DNA from: an uncultured Planctomycetales bacterium
GTDB lineage: Bacteria > Omnitrophota > Gorgyraeia > Zapsychrales > Fredricksoniimonadaceae
Length of the DNA stretch: 64,000 bases
Assembly (NCBI GenBank): GCA_964520655.1
Contig: CAZFNI010000007.1
Location: forward strand, 6,398 to 70,397
Direction of reading: 5' to 3'
Part shown: positions 6,761-16,529 of the stretch, piece after piece
Layout of the letters: the number at the start of each line of letters is the position of its first letter
Position numbering within the stretch: the stretch's first letter is position 1
The notes under the pieces: model-generated
Databases searched by the model: none
What the model saw: only the letters and a program-made list of their open reading frames with translations
Told to the model about the DNA's origin: nothing
Translations under genes and position numbers: made by a program

Positions 6761-8566
6761 ATGTCGCCGCGAAAAACAGGATTGTTGTGGGATGCCGCGG
6801 TCCTTTTGACCGTAGCCGTTGTGTTTATCATATTGACTGGCGGAAAGTGGACCCATCCGGTCAATGATTTTGGCCGGGAAGTCTACATCCCCTGGGCGAT
6901 CGATCAGGGGGCGGTCCTTTATAAAGACCTGGCTTATCTTTTTGGTGCTTTGCCGCCCTGCTTAAATGCGCTGCTGTTTAAATTCTTTGGAGCTTCCTTA
7001 CAGACGATCCAACAATTTGATCTTTTGGTCGTCGCCCTGATGACCGCGTTGATCTACCGATTTTTCTATCTTGTCTGGTGCCGGTTATCCGCATTAGCTG
7101 CTGCGGCATCATTTTTAGTTCTTTTTGCTTTTGATTATCTGCCGTTTGGTTCAAACATGTATTATTTAAGCCCCTATTCTCACAGTTATTTCTATGCTGG
7201 ATTGTTTACCCTCGCGATCTTTAACACACTGGAGAAGTATTTTAAGGATCAGCGTAAGCGCTGGCTTTTATTGACAGGGGTTCTTTTAGGTGCGGCATTG
7301 TTGTCCCGTCTGGAGTTATTTATCATCATATTCATCGCATCGATGTTCGGGCTGGTGATCGATGCCTGTGCCAAGAACATGGCGCTGCGGGAAAGGTTCC
7401 GGAACTGGATGCTGGTGTTGGCGGGGGTTACGATCGCGGTCCTGCCGTTTTTGATATATTTCTCGATGCATATGCCCGTGTCAAAAGCGTTAATGTCGAT
7501 CGTCGGGTTTAATCCACAGTGGCAGCAGGTGTCTGGCATCTATTTGTATAGAAATCTGGCCGGGCTTATCCATGTTCCGATGAACCTGCAGATGTTGGGC
7601 ATCGTTCTGGGAGCATACGCGGCGTTGTATTTAGGATTGAACGCGCTTGGTCAGGCGTTTTTGCTGCGGCGCGCGGGGAGGGATCATTTTCAGGTATTTG
7701 TTCTGGGGGCGTATTTCTTTACGGTTTATGGGGCTGTGCTGTATGCGGTCAATCACGGCTGGGCGCATGAGATCTTTCGTGGAGCGGCCGTTTGTGTGAT
7801 CTTAGCCGGTATTCTGGCGTATAGAAAAATGCGTCAAGCGCAGGATGCGGATAGCCGCACCAGGGCGCTGCTGATGCTGATGTTCTGTCTTTTTGCCGGG
7901 CTGATGCTGTTTAAAGTGCCGCTGTCGATGAAATTATTCAATTACGCGCTTTTTTACGGCATGCCCGCGGGGCTTGTCACAGTTATCGTCTGGGTCAAGG
8001 TGGTCCCGCAGATCATGCAGGAACGCTATAAGTCGGGCGCTGTCAGTCAGCTGTTTGTCTTATTCTTGCTTGTCAGCGTCGGAATCCAGGTGTTTGGCGC
8101 GTCCATCCATGGGCTTGGGGCGAGACAAAAGAAAGTCGGTCTGGGTCCCAATGCGCTGTGGGCGTTGGACAGGACTTCACCGTGGGGCGCGGGTGATGAT
8201 GTGGATCTATTCCTGAAATGGGCCAAAGAAAATCTTAAGGCCGGCGAGCGCTTCGTGGTCCTGCCGGAAGGCATCATGCTGAACTTTTTAACGGGGCATA
8301 AGATCTCCGGCAGGCATTTAACGTTTATGCCGGCGGAGATGGTCACCTTTGGCGAGAAAAGCATGTTGGGGGCATTGACGGAAGATCCGCCGGAATACAT
8401 GGTGCTTGTCCATAAAAGCAATGCTGAATACGGAGGGATCGTCCTGGGGCAGAATTATGCGCTTGAGATAGTCGGTTGGTTGAAAGAACATTATCAGCGG
8501 GTATGGATCTCCCGGGAAAAAAGGCCGGGGAATTTTTCAATTGAGGTCTATCAACGAAGATCATGA
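6761..8566 (+). CDS. Family A-2 paralog (601 aa), putative GT-C membrane glycosyltransferase.
   Basis: Same N-terminal (GKWTHPVNDFGREVYIPWAIDQGAVLYKDLAYLFGALPP) and C-terminal (VVLPEGIMLNFLTGHKISGRHLTFMPAE) motifs as A-1. Confidence 0.75.
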   Translation: MSPRKTGLLWDAAVLLTVAVVFIILTGGKWTHPVNDFGREVYIPWAIDQGAVLYKDLAYLFGALPPCLNALLFKFFGASLQTIQQFDLLVVALMTALIYRFFYLVWCRLSALAAAASFLVLFAFDYLPFGSNMYYLSPYSHSYFYAGLFTLAIFNTLEKYFKDQRKRWLLLTGVLLGAALLSRLELFIIIFIASMFGLVIDACAKNMALRERFRNWMLVLAGVTIAVLPFLIYFSMHMPVSKALMSIVGFNPQWQQVSGIYLYRNLAGLIHVPMNLQMLGIVLGAYAALYLGLNALGQAFLLRRAGRDHFQVFVLGAYFFTVYGAVLYAVNHGWAHEIFRGAAVCVILAGILAYRKMRQAQDADSRTRALLMLMFCLFAGLMLFKVPLSMKLFNYALFYGMPAGLVTVIVWVKVVPQIMQERYKSGAVSQLFVLFLLVSVGIQVFGASIHGLGARQKKVGLGPNALWALDRTSPWGAGDDVDLFLKWAKENLKAGERFVVLPEGIMLNFLTGHKISGRHLTFMPAEMVTFGEKSMLGALTEDPPEYMVLVHKSNAEYGGIVLGQNYALEIVGWLKEHYQRVWISREKRPGNFSIEVYQRRS

Positions 8567-8575
8567 TAAAACGTA

Positions 8576-10387
8576 ATGGATAAGAATAAACGGGACATAG
8601 CCCTGGATGCGGCATTTATTCTGATGGTCTTGGGTGGATTTGTGGCCGTGACCTGGGGCCGGTGGGCTCATCCGATCATTGATTACGGCCGCGAGGTGTA
8701 TGTCCCCTGGCGTATCACCGCGGGGGAGGTCTTATATAAGGACCTGGCTTATCTGTTCGGTGCTTTTCCGCCCTATTGGAATGCGCTGCTTTTTAAAGTG
8801 TTCGGCCCATCGATCGCCACCTTGACGGGATTCAACACCCTCCTGGCCCTGGCGGATGTGTTCTTGGTGTACCGGTTCCTGCTTCTGTCCGCCGATCGCT
8901 TGACCGCGCTTTTGGGCGCGGCTGGTTTTTTATTGCTGGCGGTCTGCAATCTGCACATGGCCTACAATATGTATTATTTGGCCCCCTATTCGCATAATGC
9001 CGCGTATGCGGTCTTTTTTGTTTTGTGCGCGTTAAATGTGCTGCCGTCGTTGTTGCGGATATTGGAGCACAGGGCATTCTTTTTATTGGGGCTTTTTCTC
9101 GCTGGAGCGTTGTTATCGAGGCTGGAAATATTCCTGGCCGCGGCGCTGGCGATCTTTACGGCTTTAGGGTTGTATTTTTGGAAATATTCAGTACAAAAAA
9201 ATAAAGCGTTCGCTTATATCGGCACGGCGGTGGCAGGCATTTTCTTTCCGGTATTTGTGTTCTGGGTGTATTTTGTGGCACACTTGCCGCCCTTAGAAGC
9301 ACTTTTTTCTATTATAGGCTATAACCCTCAGTGGCGAGAGGTGGCCCAAACAACACTGTATGCCAAGCAATATGCGGCGTGGCGGGAGAATGTCACGCTG
9401 ATGGCCATGGCGTTGGGAGGCAGCATGTTATTGATCGTCGGCATTGAGATATGCTGCCGGGGCATGATGTTATGGCAAAAGAGCAAAGAGCGGTTGAAAG
9501 CACTGTTGATGTGCGGTCTTTCTGTGTTGTTATATACAGGGGTTCTATATGTTTGCACGGGTGAGAATGTGTATGATGTGTTTCGGGGGCAGATCATCCT
9601 TCAGATCGTATTGGTCGTTTTTTGTTATAAAAGATTCCAGTCTTCCACTGGATTGGAAGATAATATCAGAACATTGTGCCTTTGGGTGTTGTGTGCCTGG
9701 GGGCTTTTCATGCTGGGGAAGATCCCCTTAAAATGTGTTGTCCGGGGCAGCGGCTTGATCTACGGGATCCCGGCGATGCTGACAGCGGTCGTTCTTTTCG
9801 CGTATCTTCTGCCGCAGCGGGCGCAAAGGCTTTACGGCCAGGGGCGTATTGCGGCAATAGCGGCAGCGCTGCTGCTGACATTTTTGTTCTGTCGGGTGTT
9901 GGCGTCTTCGTTGAATAACTTGTCGCTGCGTTTGAAGGCTGTCGGTCAGGGAGCCAATGCATTGCGGACCATTGATTACCCATTGCCATTCGGGCTTGGG
10001 ACCGACATTGAGAAATTCCTTTCTTGGTCGCGGGATCATTTGGGGAACAATGACACCTATGTTGTCCTGCCCGAGGGGGTCATGCTCAATTTCCTGACCC
10101 GTCACCGGATAACGGGCCAGCACATCACCTTTATGCCGGCGGAACTGGCAACGTTCACGGAAGAACGTATGCTGGCAGGGTTGAAGGATGTTCCGCCTGA
10201 TTATGTGGTCATTGTGAATAAGGATAATACGGCTTACGGGGATATGGTTTTTGGGAAGAATTACGCGCCGCGTCTTTATCAGTGGGTCATGACGCGGTAT
10301 TCGCCGGTCTGGGATTCCAGGGTTATCCCCAACCGGTATGCAGGCATAACGGTCTTCAAACGTCAGGAAATACAGGGGCATGAATAG
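8576..10387 (+). CDS. Family A-3 paralog (603 aa), putative GT-C membrane glycosyltransferase.
   Basis: GRWAHPIIDYGREVYVPW ... YKDLAYLFGAFPPYWNALLFKVFG. C-terminal VVLPEGVMLNFLTRHRITGQHITFMPAE. Confidence 0.75.
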   Translation: MDKNKRDIALDAAFILMVLGGFVAVTWGRWAHPIIDYGREVYVPWRITAGEVLYKDLAYLFGAFPPYWNALLFKVFGPSIATLTGFNTLLALADVFLVYRFLLLSADRLTALLGAAGFLLLAVCNLHMAYNMYYLAPYSHNAAYAVFFVLCALNVLPSLLRILEHRAFFLLGLFLAGALLSRLEIFLAAALAIFTALGLYFWKYSVQKNKAFAYIGTAVAGIFFPVFVFWVYFVAHLPPLEALFSIIGYNPQWREVAQTTLYAKQYAAWRENVTLMAMALGGSMLLIVGIEICCRGMMLWQKSKERLKALLMCGLSVLLYTGVLYVCTGENVYDVFRGQIILQIVLVVFCYKRFQSSTGLEDNIRTLCLWVLCAWGLFMLGKIPLKCVVRGSGLIYGIPAMLTAVVLFAYLLPQRAQRLYGQGRIAAIAAALLLTFLFCRVLASSLNNLSLRLKAVGQGANALRTIDYPLPFGLGTDIEKFLSWSRDHLGNNDTYVVLPEGVMLNFLTRHRITGQHITFMPAELATFTEERMLAGLKDVPPDYVVIVNKDNTAYGDMVFGKNYAPRLYQWVMTRYSPVWDSRVIPNRYAGITVFKRQEIQGHE

Positions 10388-12743
10388 GAATTTAGTCACC
10401 GTCGGTGTCATTTCGTTTTCGGCCATCTTGTTCCAGATATGCGTCACGCGCATTCTGGCGGTGACCCTGTGGTATCATTTTGCTTTTCTGGTGATCTCGC
10501 TTTCGATGCTGGGGATGACGGCAGCCGCGATCGCCTGTTTTGTTTTTTGGCCGCGTGTCATAGAAACACAAAGCCGGCGGTATTTTATTATTTTTGCAGC
10601 CCTGTTCGCCTTGCTTGCGCCATTATCCGTTGCTGTTCATTTAAATATCAATTTTCAGGAAGTGGCGTTCAACACGGCCGGATTTTATGCGATCGCGATG
10701 CTCCAGCTGGTGTTTTTGGCGGCGGCGTTCTTCGCCGCAGGGATGGCGTTAAATATCATTTTGTTCAAAGAACAGGAACGGATCGGATTTGTCTATTTCT
10801 GTGATCTGATCGGCGCCGCGGCGGCAAGCCTTCTGGTCATGGCGCTGTTATATTGGGTCAGCCCTATCGCTGTTGTGTTTCTCATTTCATTTTTGTCCTT
10901 ATGGGCAGCCTATGTGCAGGCATCGCATCAGGGCTTACGCCTGGCGCTGCTTTTATCAGCGGGAGTGATGCTGGTATTATTCATCAACAATGACGCGTGG
11001 CATATCTTTAAGATCAGGGCCGTGAAAAGTTATGGGGAGAAAGCGTTCCAGGTGGAGGACAAACCTCTTTTGTTCGAGAAATGGTCGCCGTTCGCGCGTA
11101 CGACGGTGTACAGCCCGACCCGCCATGACAGCGGGACATTATCCATTGAGAATAATTCCGGCGCACCGGCGGCAATGTTCAAATATGACCCGATGCTTCC
11201 GCCAACCCAGCTGAGGACCAGGCTTTACGGTCTTCAGGAAATGGCTTTTGTCCTCAAGAAGAGCGATGAAGCCTTGATCATCGGCTCAGGCGGAGGGAGG
11301 AATTTGCTGGCAGCGTTGCTCTCGGGTCAGGGCCATATCACGGCGGTTGAGGTCAATCCGGTGACTGCGGAGATCGTTACAAAGGATTTTTCGGATTATA
11401 TCGGCCGCATCTTTGAGGATTCCCGCGTTACTTTTCATGTGCAGGAGGGGAGGAATTTCATTGCCCGTACCCAACAGTTGTACGATGTGATCAATATCTC
11501 CATGGTTGAGAGCTGGGGGAATCAGGCCGCGGCCAGCAATTCGTATATTTTTACCGAGAACACCTTGTACACCAGAGAAGCGGTCTGGGATTATGTGCGT
11601 CATTTAAACCCGCAGGGGATACTGAGCATCACCCGGTATGATGATTTTGATGAAGGCTTGCGTTTAGTGAACACGATGATCGACACGCTGCAGGAGAGAG
11701 GGGAAAAAGACCTTAAGGACCAGTTCGTCGTTGTGTTGGGCTACAAGTATCGGGGATCGGTGGGGCTAGCCAATGTCATGTACAAACGCGGCGGATTCAC
11801 CAGGGAAGATGTGGCCAGGATCAGGGATTTTACATCCCGTAACGGTTTTAAGATCATTTACGCGCCGTTCTTGCCGGAGGCAGCAATGAGCGCGCTTCCC
11901 CGGTCGGAATTTTACCGCAAGCTTATCCTCGGGAAAGACAGGAGGGATGATCTGGTGGCGCGGTATCCCCGGATCATCAGCCCATCCACGGACGACAAAC
12001 CATTTTTTTTCTACATGGACCGATTTAAGGATTCATTTGTGTTCAATGCCAATGAACATGCGGCCCGAAGACGCGCTATCCCGATATTGTATGGATTGTG
12101 TGCGGGGGTAGCGGTGCTTAGCCTGATCATGGTCTTTCTGCCGTTGTTAGTTTACCGCCGTACACGTTTAAGCACGCTGTTGCAATGCCGGGTGAATTTG
12201 CTTTATTTTGCAGCGCTGGGAACGGGGTTTATGTTCATTGAGTTATCCCTGATACAGCGACTGACTGTTTTTCTGGGGCATCCCATTTACGCCTTGATCG
12301 TGGTGTTGACCGCCTTGCTGTTAAGCAGCGCTATGGGGAGCTTCTTCTCAGGAAGGATCAAGCCTCTAATGAAAGAGAAGGTGCTTAAGGTTGTGCTGCT
12401 GGCGATCGCCCTCTGTGGCGTTCTTGTGGGGGGAATTATGTTCGATCACCTGGCGCGCTGGATGTATTTACAGCAGCCGCTGCGTGTCATCGTTGCTGTC
12501 GCGACCATCGTTCCTTTGGGGGCTATGCTGGGGATGTGTTTCCCGCTGGGTGTTCATTTGCTGCAGGAGAAGGACAGGCAGCTGATCGTATGGGCGTGGG
12601 GTATCAACGGGATATTTTCTGTCTTAGGATCGGTGCTGGCCATGGTGCTGGCACTGCATATGGGATTTAAAGCCGTGTTCTTGATCGGAGCGGCATGTTA
12701 TTGCGGGGCATGGTTGGCGGTCAAACGCATGGGGAATCAATGA
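10380..12743 (+). CDS. Spermidine-synthase-like (aminopropyl/methyl-transferase fold) domain flanked by N- and C-terminal multi-TM domains (787 aa).
   Basis: The central segment IIGSGGGRNLLAALLSGQGHITAVEVNPVTAEIV ... DVINISMVESWGNQAAASNSYIFTENTLYTREAV matches the spermine/spermidine synthase fold. Hydrophobic N- and C-terminal regions are consistent with the known fused spermidine-synthase-like membrane proteins. Confidence 0.65.
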   Translation: MNRNLVTVGVISFSAILFQICVTRILAVTLWYHFAFLVISLSMLGMTAAAIACFVFWPRVIETQSRRYFIIFAALFALLAPLSVAVHLNINFQEVAFNTAGFYAIAMLQLVFLAAAFFAAGMALNIILFKEQERIGFVYFCDLIGAAAASLLVMALLYWVSPIAVVFLISFLSLWAAYVQASHQGLRLALLLSAGVMLVLFINNDAWHIFKIRAVKSYGEKAFQVEDKPLLFEKWSPFARTTVYSPTRHDSGTLSIENNSGAPAAMFKYDPMLPPTQLRTRLYGLQEMAFVLKKSDEALIIGSGGGRNLLAALLSGQGHITAVEVNPVTAEIVTKDFSDYIGRIFEDSRVTFHVQEGRNFIARTQQLYDVINISMVESWGNQAAASNSYIFTENTLYTREAVWDYVRHLNPQGILSITRYDDFDEGLRLVNTMIDTLQERGEKDLKDQFVVVLGYKYRGSVGLANVMYKRGGFTREDVARIRDFTSRNGFKIIYAPFLPEAAMSALPRSEFYRKLILGKDRRDDLVARYPRIISPSTDDKPFFFYMDRFKDSFVFNANEHAARRRAIPILYGLCAGVAVLSLIMVFLPLLVYRRTRLSTLLQCRVNLLYFAALGTGFMFIELSLIQRLTVFLGHPIYALIVVLTALLLSSAMGSFFSGRIKPLMKEKVLKVVLLAIALCGVLVGGIMFDHLARWMYLQQPLRVIVAVATIVPLGAMLGMCFPLGVHLLQEKDRQLIVWAWGINGIFSVLGSVLAMVLALHMGFKAVFLIGAACYCGAWLAVKRMGNQ

Positions 12744-14566
12744 GATTAAACATGGCAAAGATCGACAGACGAGTTGTGCAAGATGTCATTGTGCTGATGA
12801 TCGTCATGATGTATTTCATCGCAAGGACATGGGGGAAATGGGCCCACCCGATCACGGATTTCGGACGGGAATTGTATATCCCTTGGCGCTTAAGCGAAGG
12901 GCAAATATTATACAGGGACATTGCCTATTTGTTTGGTGCATTTCCCCCCTATTGGAACGCGCTGATGTTCAAGCTGTTCTCCCCGTCGCTGGCCATGTTG
13001 ATAACGATCGACCTTGTGGCGGCTTGTTTATACACAGCATTGATCTACCGCTTTTTATATGTCACAACCAACCGGTCAACAGCATTCATGGGAAGTTTGG
13101 GTTTCATGATGGTGTTCGTCTGTAATTTTATGGGGTATAACATGTATTATCTAACCCCCTATTCTCACAGCAATTTTTATGCCGTTCTCTTTTCTTTGGC
13201 CGCAATGAACCTGTTCCATCTTCTTTCGCAACACTTTAAAAAAAGGATGGTATTCGCGATCGGCCTGTTATTAGGCGGGGTGCTCTTATCACGTCTAGAG
13301 ATATTCCTGACGATCATTATCCCTGTTATTGTTGGTATAGCGATGTTGGTGGATCGACGCGGCAGCAAGGCAGTGATCGCACGGAGTTATGCTGTATTTC
13401 TTTTAGGGCTTGTGATCCCCGTTATCTGTGCATGGGGTTATTTCTTGCAGTATTTCCCAGCGGCACAGGCGCTGCAGAACATCGTGGGATATAATCCCCA
13501 TTGGCAGAAAATATCGGGTGTCTATTTGTACGCAAAACAATATCTCGGCTGGGAAAGGAATGCCTCTCTAACGGCAAAGGCAATAGCCGCGGGCTTTATA
13601 TTTTATGGAGCCATTGATCTGTTGTGCCGGGGTATTCGCGGGGGTCTTGACAATAAAGGGGCATATCGGTTTGCGGGGATGATCTTGCCGGGTTTTTGTA
13701 TGTATGCCTTGATCGTTTATCTGTGTGTGACGCCTTATGTGTACGATTCTTTTCGGGGAGCGGCCATGGCGGCTGTCGTGCTGGCTGCAGCTCTTTTCCG
13801 TCGACTGAAAGGTGTTCCGTCCTTGCCGCAGAGTATTCCAGGTCTGATACCGCTGCTGGTGTGTTGTTTCTGGGCAGTCTTGATGTTGTTCAAGGTGCCG
13901 CTGATGATCACCTTCCGGGGATACGGGCTGGTCTATGGGCTGCCGGCATTTCTGATGGGGGTGGTCCTTTTTGTGTATTTTGTCCCACAGCAGATGCAGC
14001 GGAAATATGGTCAGGGACAGTTGTCGCGGCGACTGGTATCCGCGTTGCTGCTGTTGATATGCGTGATGATATATTCTTCTTCATTCAAAAATTTGTCATC
14101 GAGGAACAAGGCTGTTGGTTCTGGGAATAATATTGTTGTTTATCTGGACAAGAAGTCCTCTTACGGACTGGCGGAAGATATTGAGCGTTTTCTCCTCTGG
14201 GCCAAGGATCATTTGGGCCCCAGGGACACGTATGTTGTTCTTCCTGAGGGAGTAATGCTCAATTTTTTCACCAGGCATGCGATCACCGGTCCGCATGTCA
14301 GCTTTATGCCCGCGGAAATGGCCACGTATGGGCAAGAAGAACTGTTATTGTCGTTAGAACGTGATCCGCCGGACTATGTGCTCATTGTCCACAAAGATAA
14401 TCGCGTGTATCCCGGGATGATATTGGGTAGAAATTATGCGGTAAGCATTGTAGACTGGGTCAAAAGAAATTACCGTTCTGTCTGGGATTCGCGCGAGAAT
14501 AAAAAACGTTTTGTCGGGATCGAAGTGTTTCAACGCGAGGGGATAAATGATCAAGATCTTTATTAG
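12740..14566 (+). CDS. Family A-4 paralog, putative GT-C membrane glycosyltransferase. The ORF track starts at 12695; the ATG at 12740, overlapping the upstream stop as ATGA, is preferred.
   Basis: GKWAHPITDFGRELYIPWRLSEGQILYRDIAYLFGAFPPYWNALMFKLF. C-terminal VVLPEGVMLNFFTRHAITGPHVSFMPAE. The distance from the start to the GKW motif matches the paralogs. Confidence 0.7.
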   Translation: MRLNMAKIDRRVVQDVIVLMIVMMYFIARTWGKWAHPITDFGRELYIPWRLSEGQILYRDIAYLFGAFPPYWNALMFKLFSPSLAMLITIDLVAACLYTALIYRFLYVTTNRSTAFMGSLGFMMVFVCNFMGYNMYYLTPYSHSNFYAVLFSLAAMNLFHLLSQHFKKRMVFAIGLLLGGVLLSRLEIFLTIIIPVIVGIAMLVDRRGSKAVIARSYAVFLLGLVIPVICAWGYFLQYFPAAQALQNIVGYNPHWQKISGVYLYAKQYLGWERNASLTAKAIAAGFIFYGAIDLLCRGIRGGLDNKGAYRFAGMILPGFCMYALIVYLCVTPYVYDSFRGAAMAAVVLAAALFRRLKGVPSLPQSIPGLIPLLVCCFWAVLMLFKVPLMITFRGYGLVYGLPAFLMGVVLFVYFVPQQMQRKYGQGQLSRRLVSALLLLICVMIYSSSFKNLSSRNKAVGSGNNIVVYLDKKSSYGLAEDIERFLLWAKDHLGPRDTYVVLPEGVMLNFFTRHAITGPHVSFMPAEMATYGQEELLLSLERDPPDYVLIVHKDNRVYPGMILGRNYAVSIVDWVKRNYRSVWDSRENKKRFVGIEVFQREGINDQDLY

Positions 14567-16529
14567 GAGCATGTTTATCGCGTTGATCGCCGCATGTTTG
14601 ATCGGCATGTCCGACCTGATATTCATTTCTGTTTCCCCTAAAGCGTTTATCAGTTTCAGGAATATCACTGTTCTGGCCGGAGTTCCGGTCCTGGCGATGA
14701 ACTGGCTGCTGGTCTTTTTCGCAACGTTCATCCTTGTGTTCGTATGTTCTTGGCTGGGAGGCTATGTTGTCGCCGGGATCTTTTCTTTATGGACGATCTT
14801 TTATTTGATCAGTTGGGGGACATATTTAGTCGTTGGTGAGTTTCTTGGTTTCGAGGGGATCCGGTTTGTTTGGTATAACCTCAATGATATCCTCTGGATG
14901 ATGGGACAGATCTCTGCCTGGTATTGGGTGGCTTTGACCGTCCTGGTACTAACGCCGGTCGCTGGTTTTCTTTTGACCAACAGGTTTAGTCATTATTTCA
15001 AGAAGATCATCACCGCTCTTGAAGTGAGGCAAAGAGTAGTTGCTGGGATCGGTGTTCTGGTTTTATGCACGTTGATGGCGATCGCGTTTATTCTTTTTGC
15101 GTCGTTGACCCCCAAACAGAAAGCTGACTTAAGATTACGTGTTTCTCCCCAGGCGACATTGTTCTGGGACCGTCCGCAAAAAGAGATCCTTTTGGGACGC
15201 GCGCATGATCAAGAGCACTTAAGAACACATTACTCCCAGGTTATTGGATGGGAGGATTATCAGAAGATGCAGGTCAAGACCGTCAAGCCTGTTCCTGTGA
15301 TCGTCATAGTCATTGAGTCCATGTGCTGGGACGTTTTGAACAATGCGCAGGTGATGCCCAACACGTACGCTTTAAAACAGGATGGAGTGTATTTACGCGC
15401 GTATACGACCAGCAATCAATCCGATTATGCGTGGCCCGCGATATTCTCGTCACAATATCCCCTGCGGACCAGATATCATTATTATTATCCCAGAGAAAGC
15501 CGCTTCCCGCGCGTTACCATCTATGACGTATTAAAGCAACAGGGATTCGACACGGCTATCTATTCTGCCCAGAATGAGACCTGGGGGGGAATGTTCAATT
15601 ATTTGAATACCGGGTCTTTAGACATGTTCTATTATTCCGATGCCTCTCATGGGGAGGATTATATGTCCCACGAAGATTCCGGGTTCGCTGCCTATACGAA
15701 AAAGTTCAGATCCCCGGGGAAGATCGATGATGGAGTGGTGGTCGATGAGGCCATATCGTGGATCAAAGGAAGGCATCAGGATAAGTTCTTTCTTGGTCTT
15801 AATTTTCAGCGTTCGCATTTCCCCTATACCTGGCCCGACTCATTCCATCCCCCTGATCCGGGAGTAAAGCCAAGCGGCTGGGGATATTCACGCACTCTGG
15901 TCAAGGGTGTAAAGGCCAGGTATTTCAGTGCGTTGCGTTATACGGATGAACAGATCGGACGTTTTATTAATTTCTTAAAAGAGCAGGGGATCTATGAAAA
16001 GAGCATTATTGTATTGATGGGCGACCACGGAGAGGCCTTTTATGAACATGCTTCTCCGATCCATGGGAATGAACTCTTCAATGAAACTGCTTTGACCGGG
16101 TTGTTGATCAAGGGATCAAACGAGCGCATAACCGTCAAAAATTATAAGAATCCGGAACTTCTGGATGTTGCTCCGACGCTATCTTCAATGTTGGGATTGA
16201 CGATACATCCGGCTTTTCAGGGGGAATCACTAGTGGCCCCGTCTTCTTTTTCAAAACCAGTCTTCATCACGGTGCAGTCGGCTATCGCTAAACAGGATGC
16301 GATCGTCGCGGGCGGGTGGAAATTGATCCGGGATCTGCGTAATAACAGGACATCTCTTTTTGATCTTCGACGTGATCCTGGGGAAAGCAAGAATGTTTAT
16401 CAATCCAATCAGGTTCAAGGGCTGAAACTGTTGCTCCAGTTGCTGTATTGGCGCAAGAAGCAGTTAGAGTATTATTCAACACCGGACATGGCAAAAAAAT
16501 ATTATGCCCCCAAGTACTCGTCCCCATAA
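14547..16529 (+). CDS. Membrane-anchored sulfatase-family enzyme (alkaline-phosphatase superfamily), LtaS / phosphoglycerol- or phosphoethanolamine-transferase-like.
   Basis: About 5 N-terminal TM helices followed by a soluble domain with VIVIVIESMCWD and the signature LMGDHGEAF. The architecture matches LtaS/MdoB/EptA-type transferases. Confidence 0.65.
   Translation: MIKIFIRSMFIALIAACLIGMSDLIFISVSPKAFISFRNITVLAGVPVLAMNWLLVFFATFILVFVCSWLGGYVVAGIFSLWTIFYLISWGTYLVVGEFLGFEGIRFVWYNLNDILWMMGQISAWYWVALTVLVLTPVAGFLLTNRFSHYFKKIITALEVRQRVVAGIGVLVLCTLMAIAFILFASLTPKQKADLRLRVSPQATLFWDRPQKEILLGRAHDQEHLRTHYSQVIGWEDYQKMQVKTVKPVPVIVIVIESMCWDVLNNAQVMPNTYALKQDGVYLRAYTTSNQSDYAWPAIFSSQYPLRTRYHYYYPRESRFPRVTIYDVLKQQGFDTAIYSAQNETWGGMFNYLNTGSLDMFYYSDASHGEDYMSHEDSGFAAYTKKFRSPGKIDDGVVVDEAISWIKGRHQDKFFLGLNFQRSHFPYTWPDSFHPPDPGVKPSGWGYSRTLVKGVKARYFSALRYTDEQIGRFINFLKEQGIYEKSIIVLMGDHGEAFYEHASPIHGNELFNETALTGLLIKGSNERITVKNYKNPELLDVAPTLSSMLGLTIHPAFQGESLVAPSSFSKPVFITVQSAIAKQDAIVAGGWKLIRDLRNNRTSLFDLRRDPGESKNVYQSNQVQGLKLLLQLLYWRKKQLEYYSTPDMAKKYYAPKYSSP

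Noticed and set aside
9728-10453. 241-aa minus-strand ORF antisense to Family A-3 and the spermidine-synthase-like gene.
   Set aside because: The sense-strand proteins have paralogs and domain signatures. The antisense ORF has no features and spans a gene junction.
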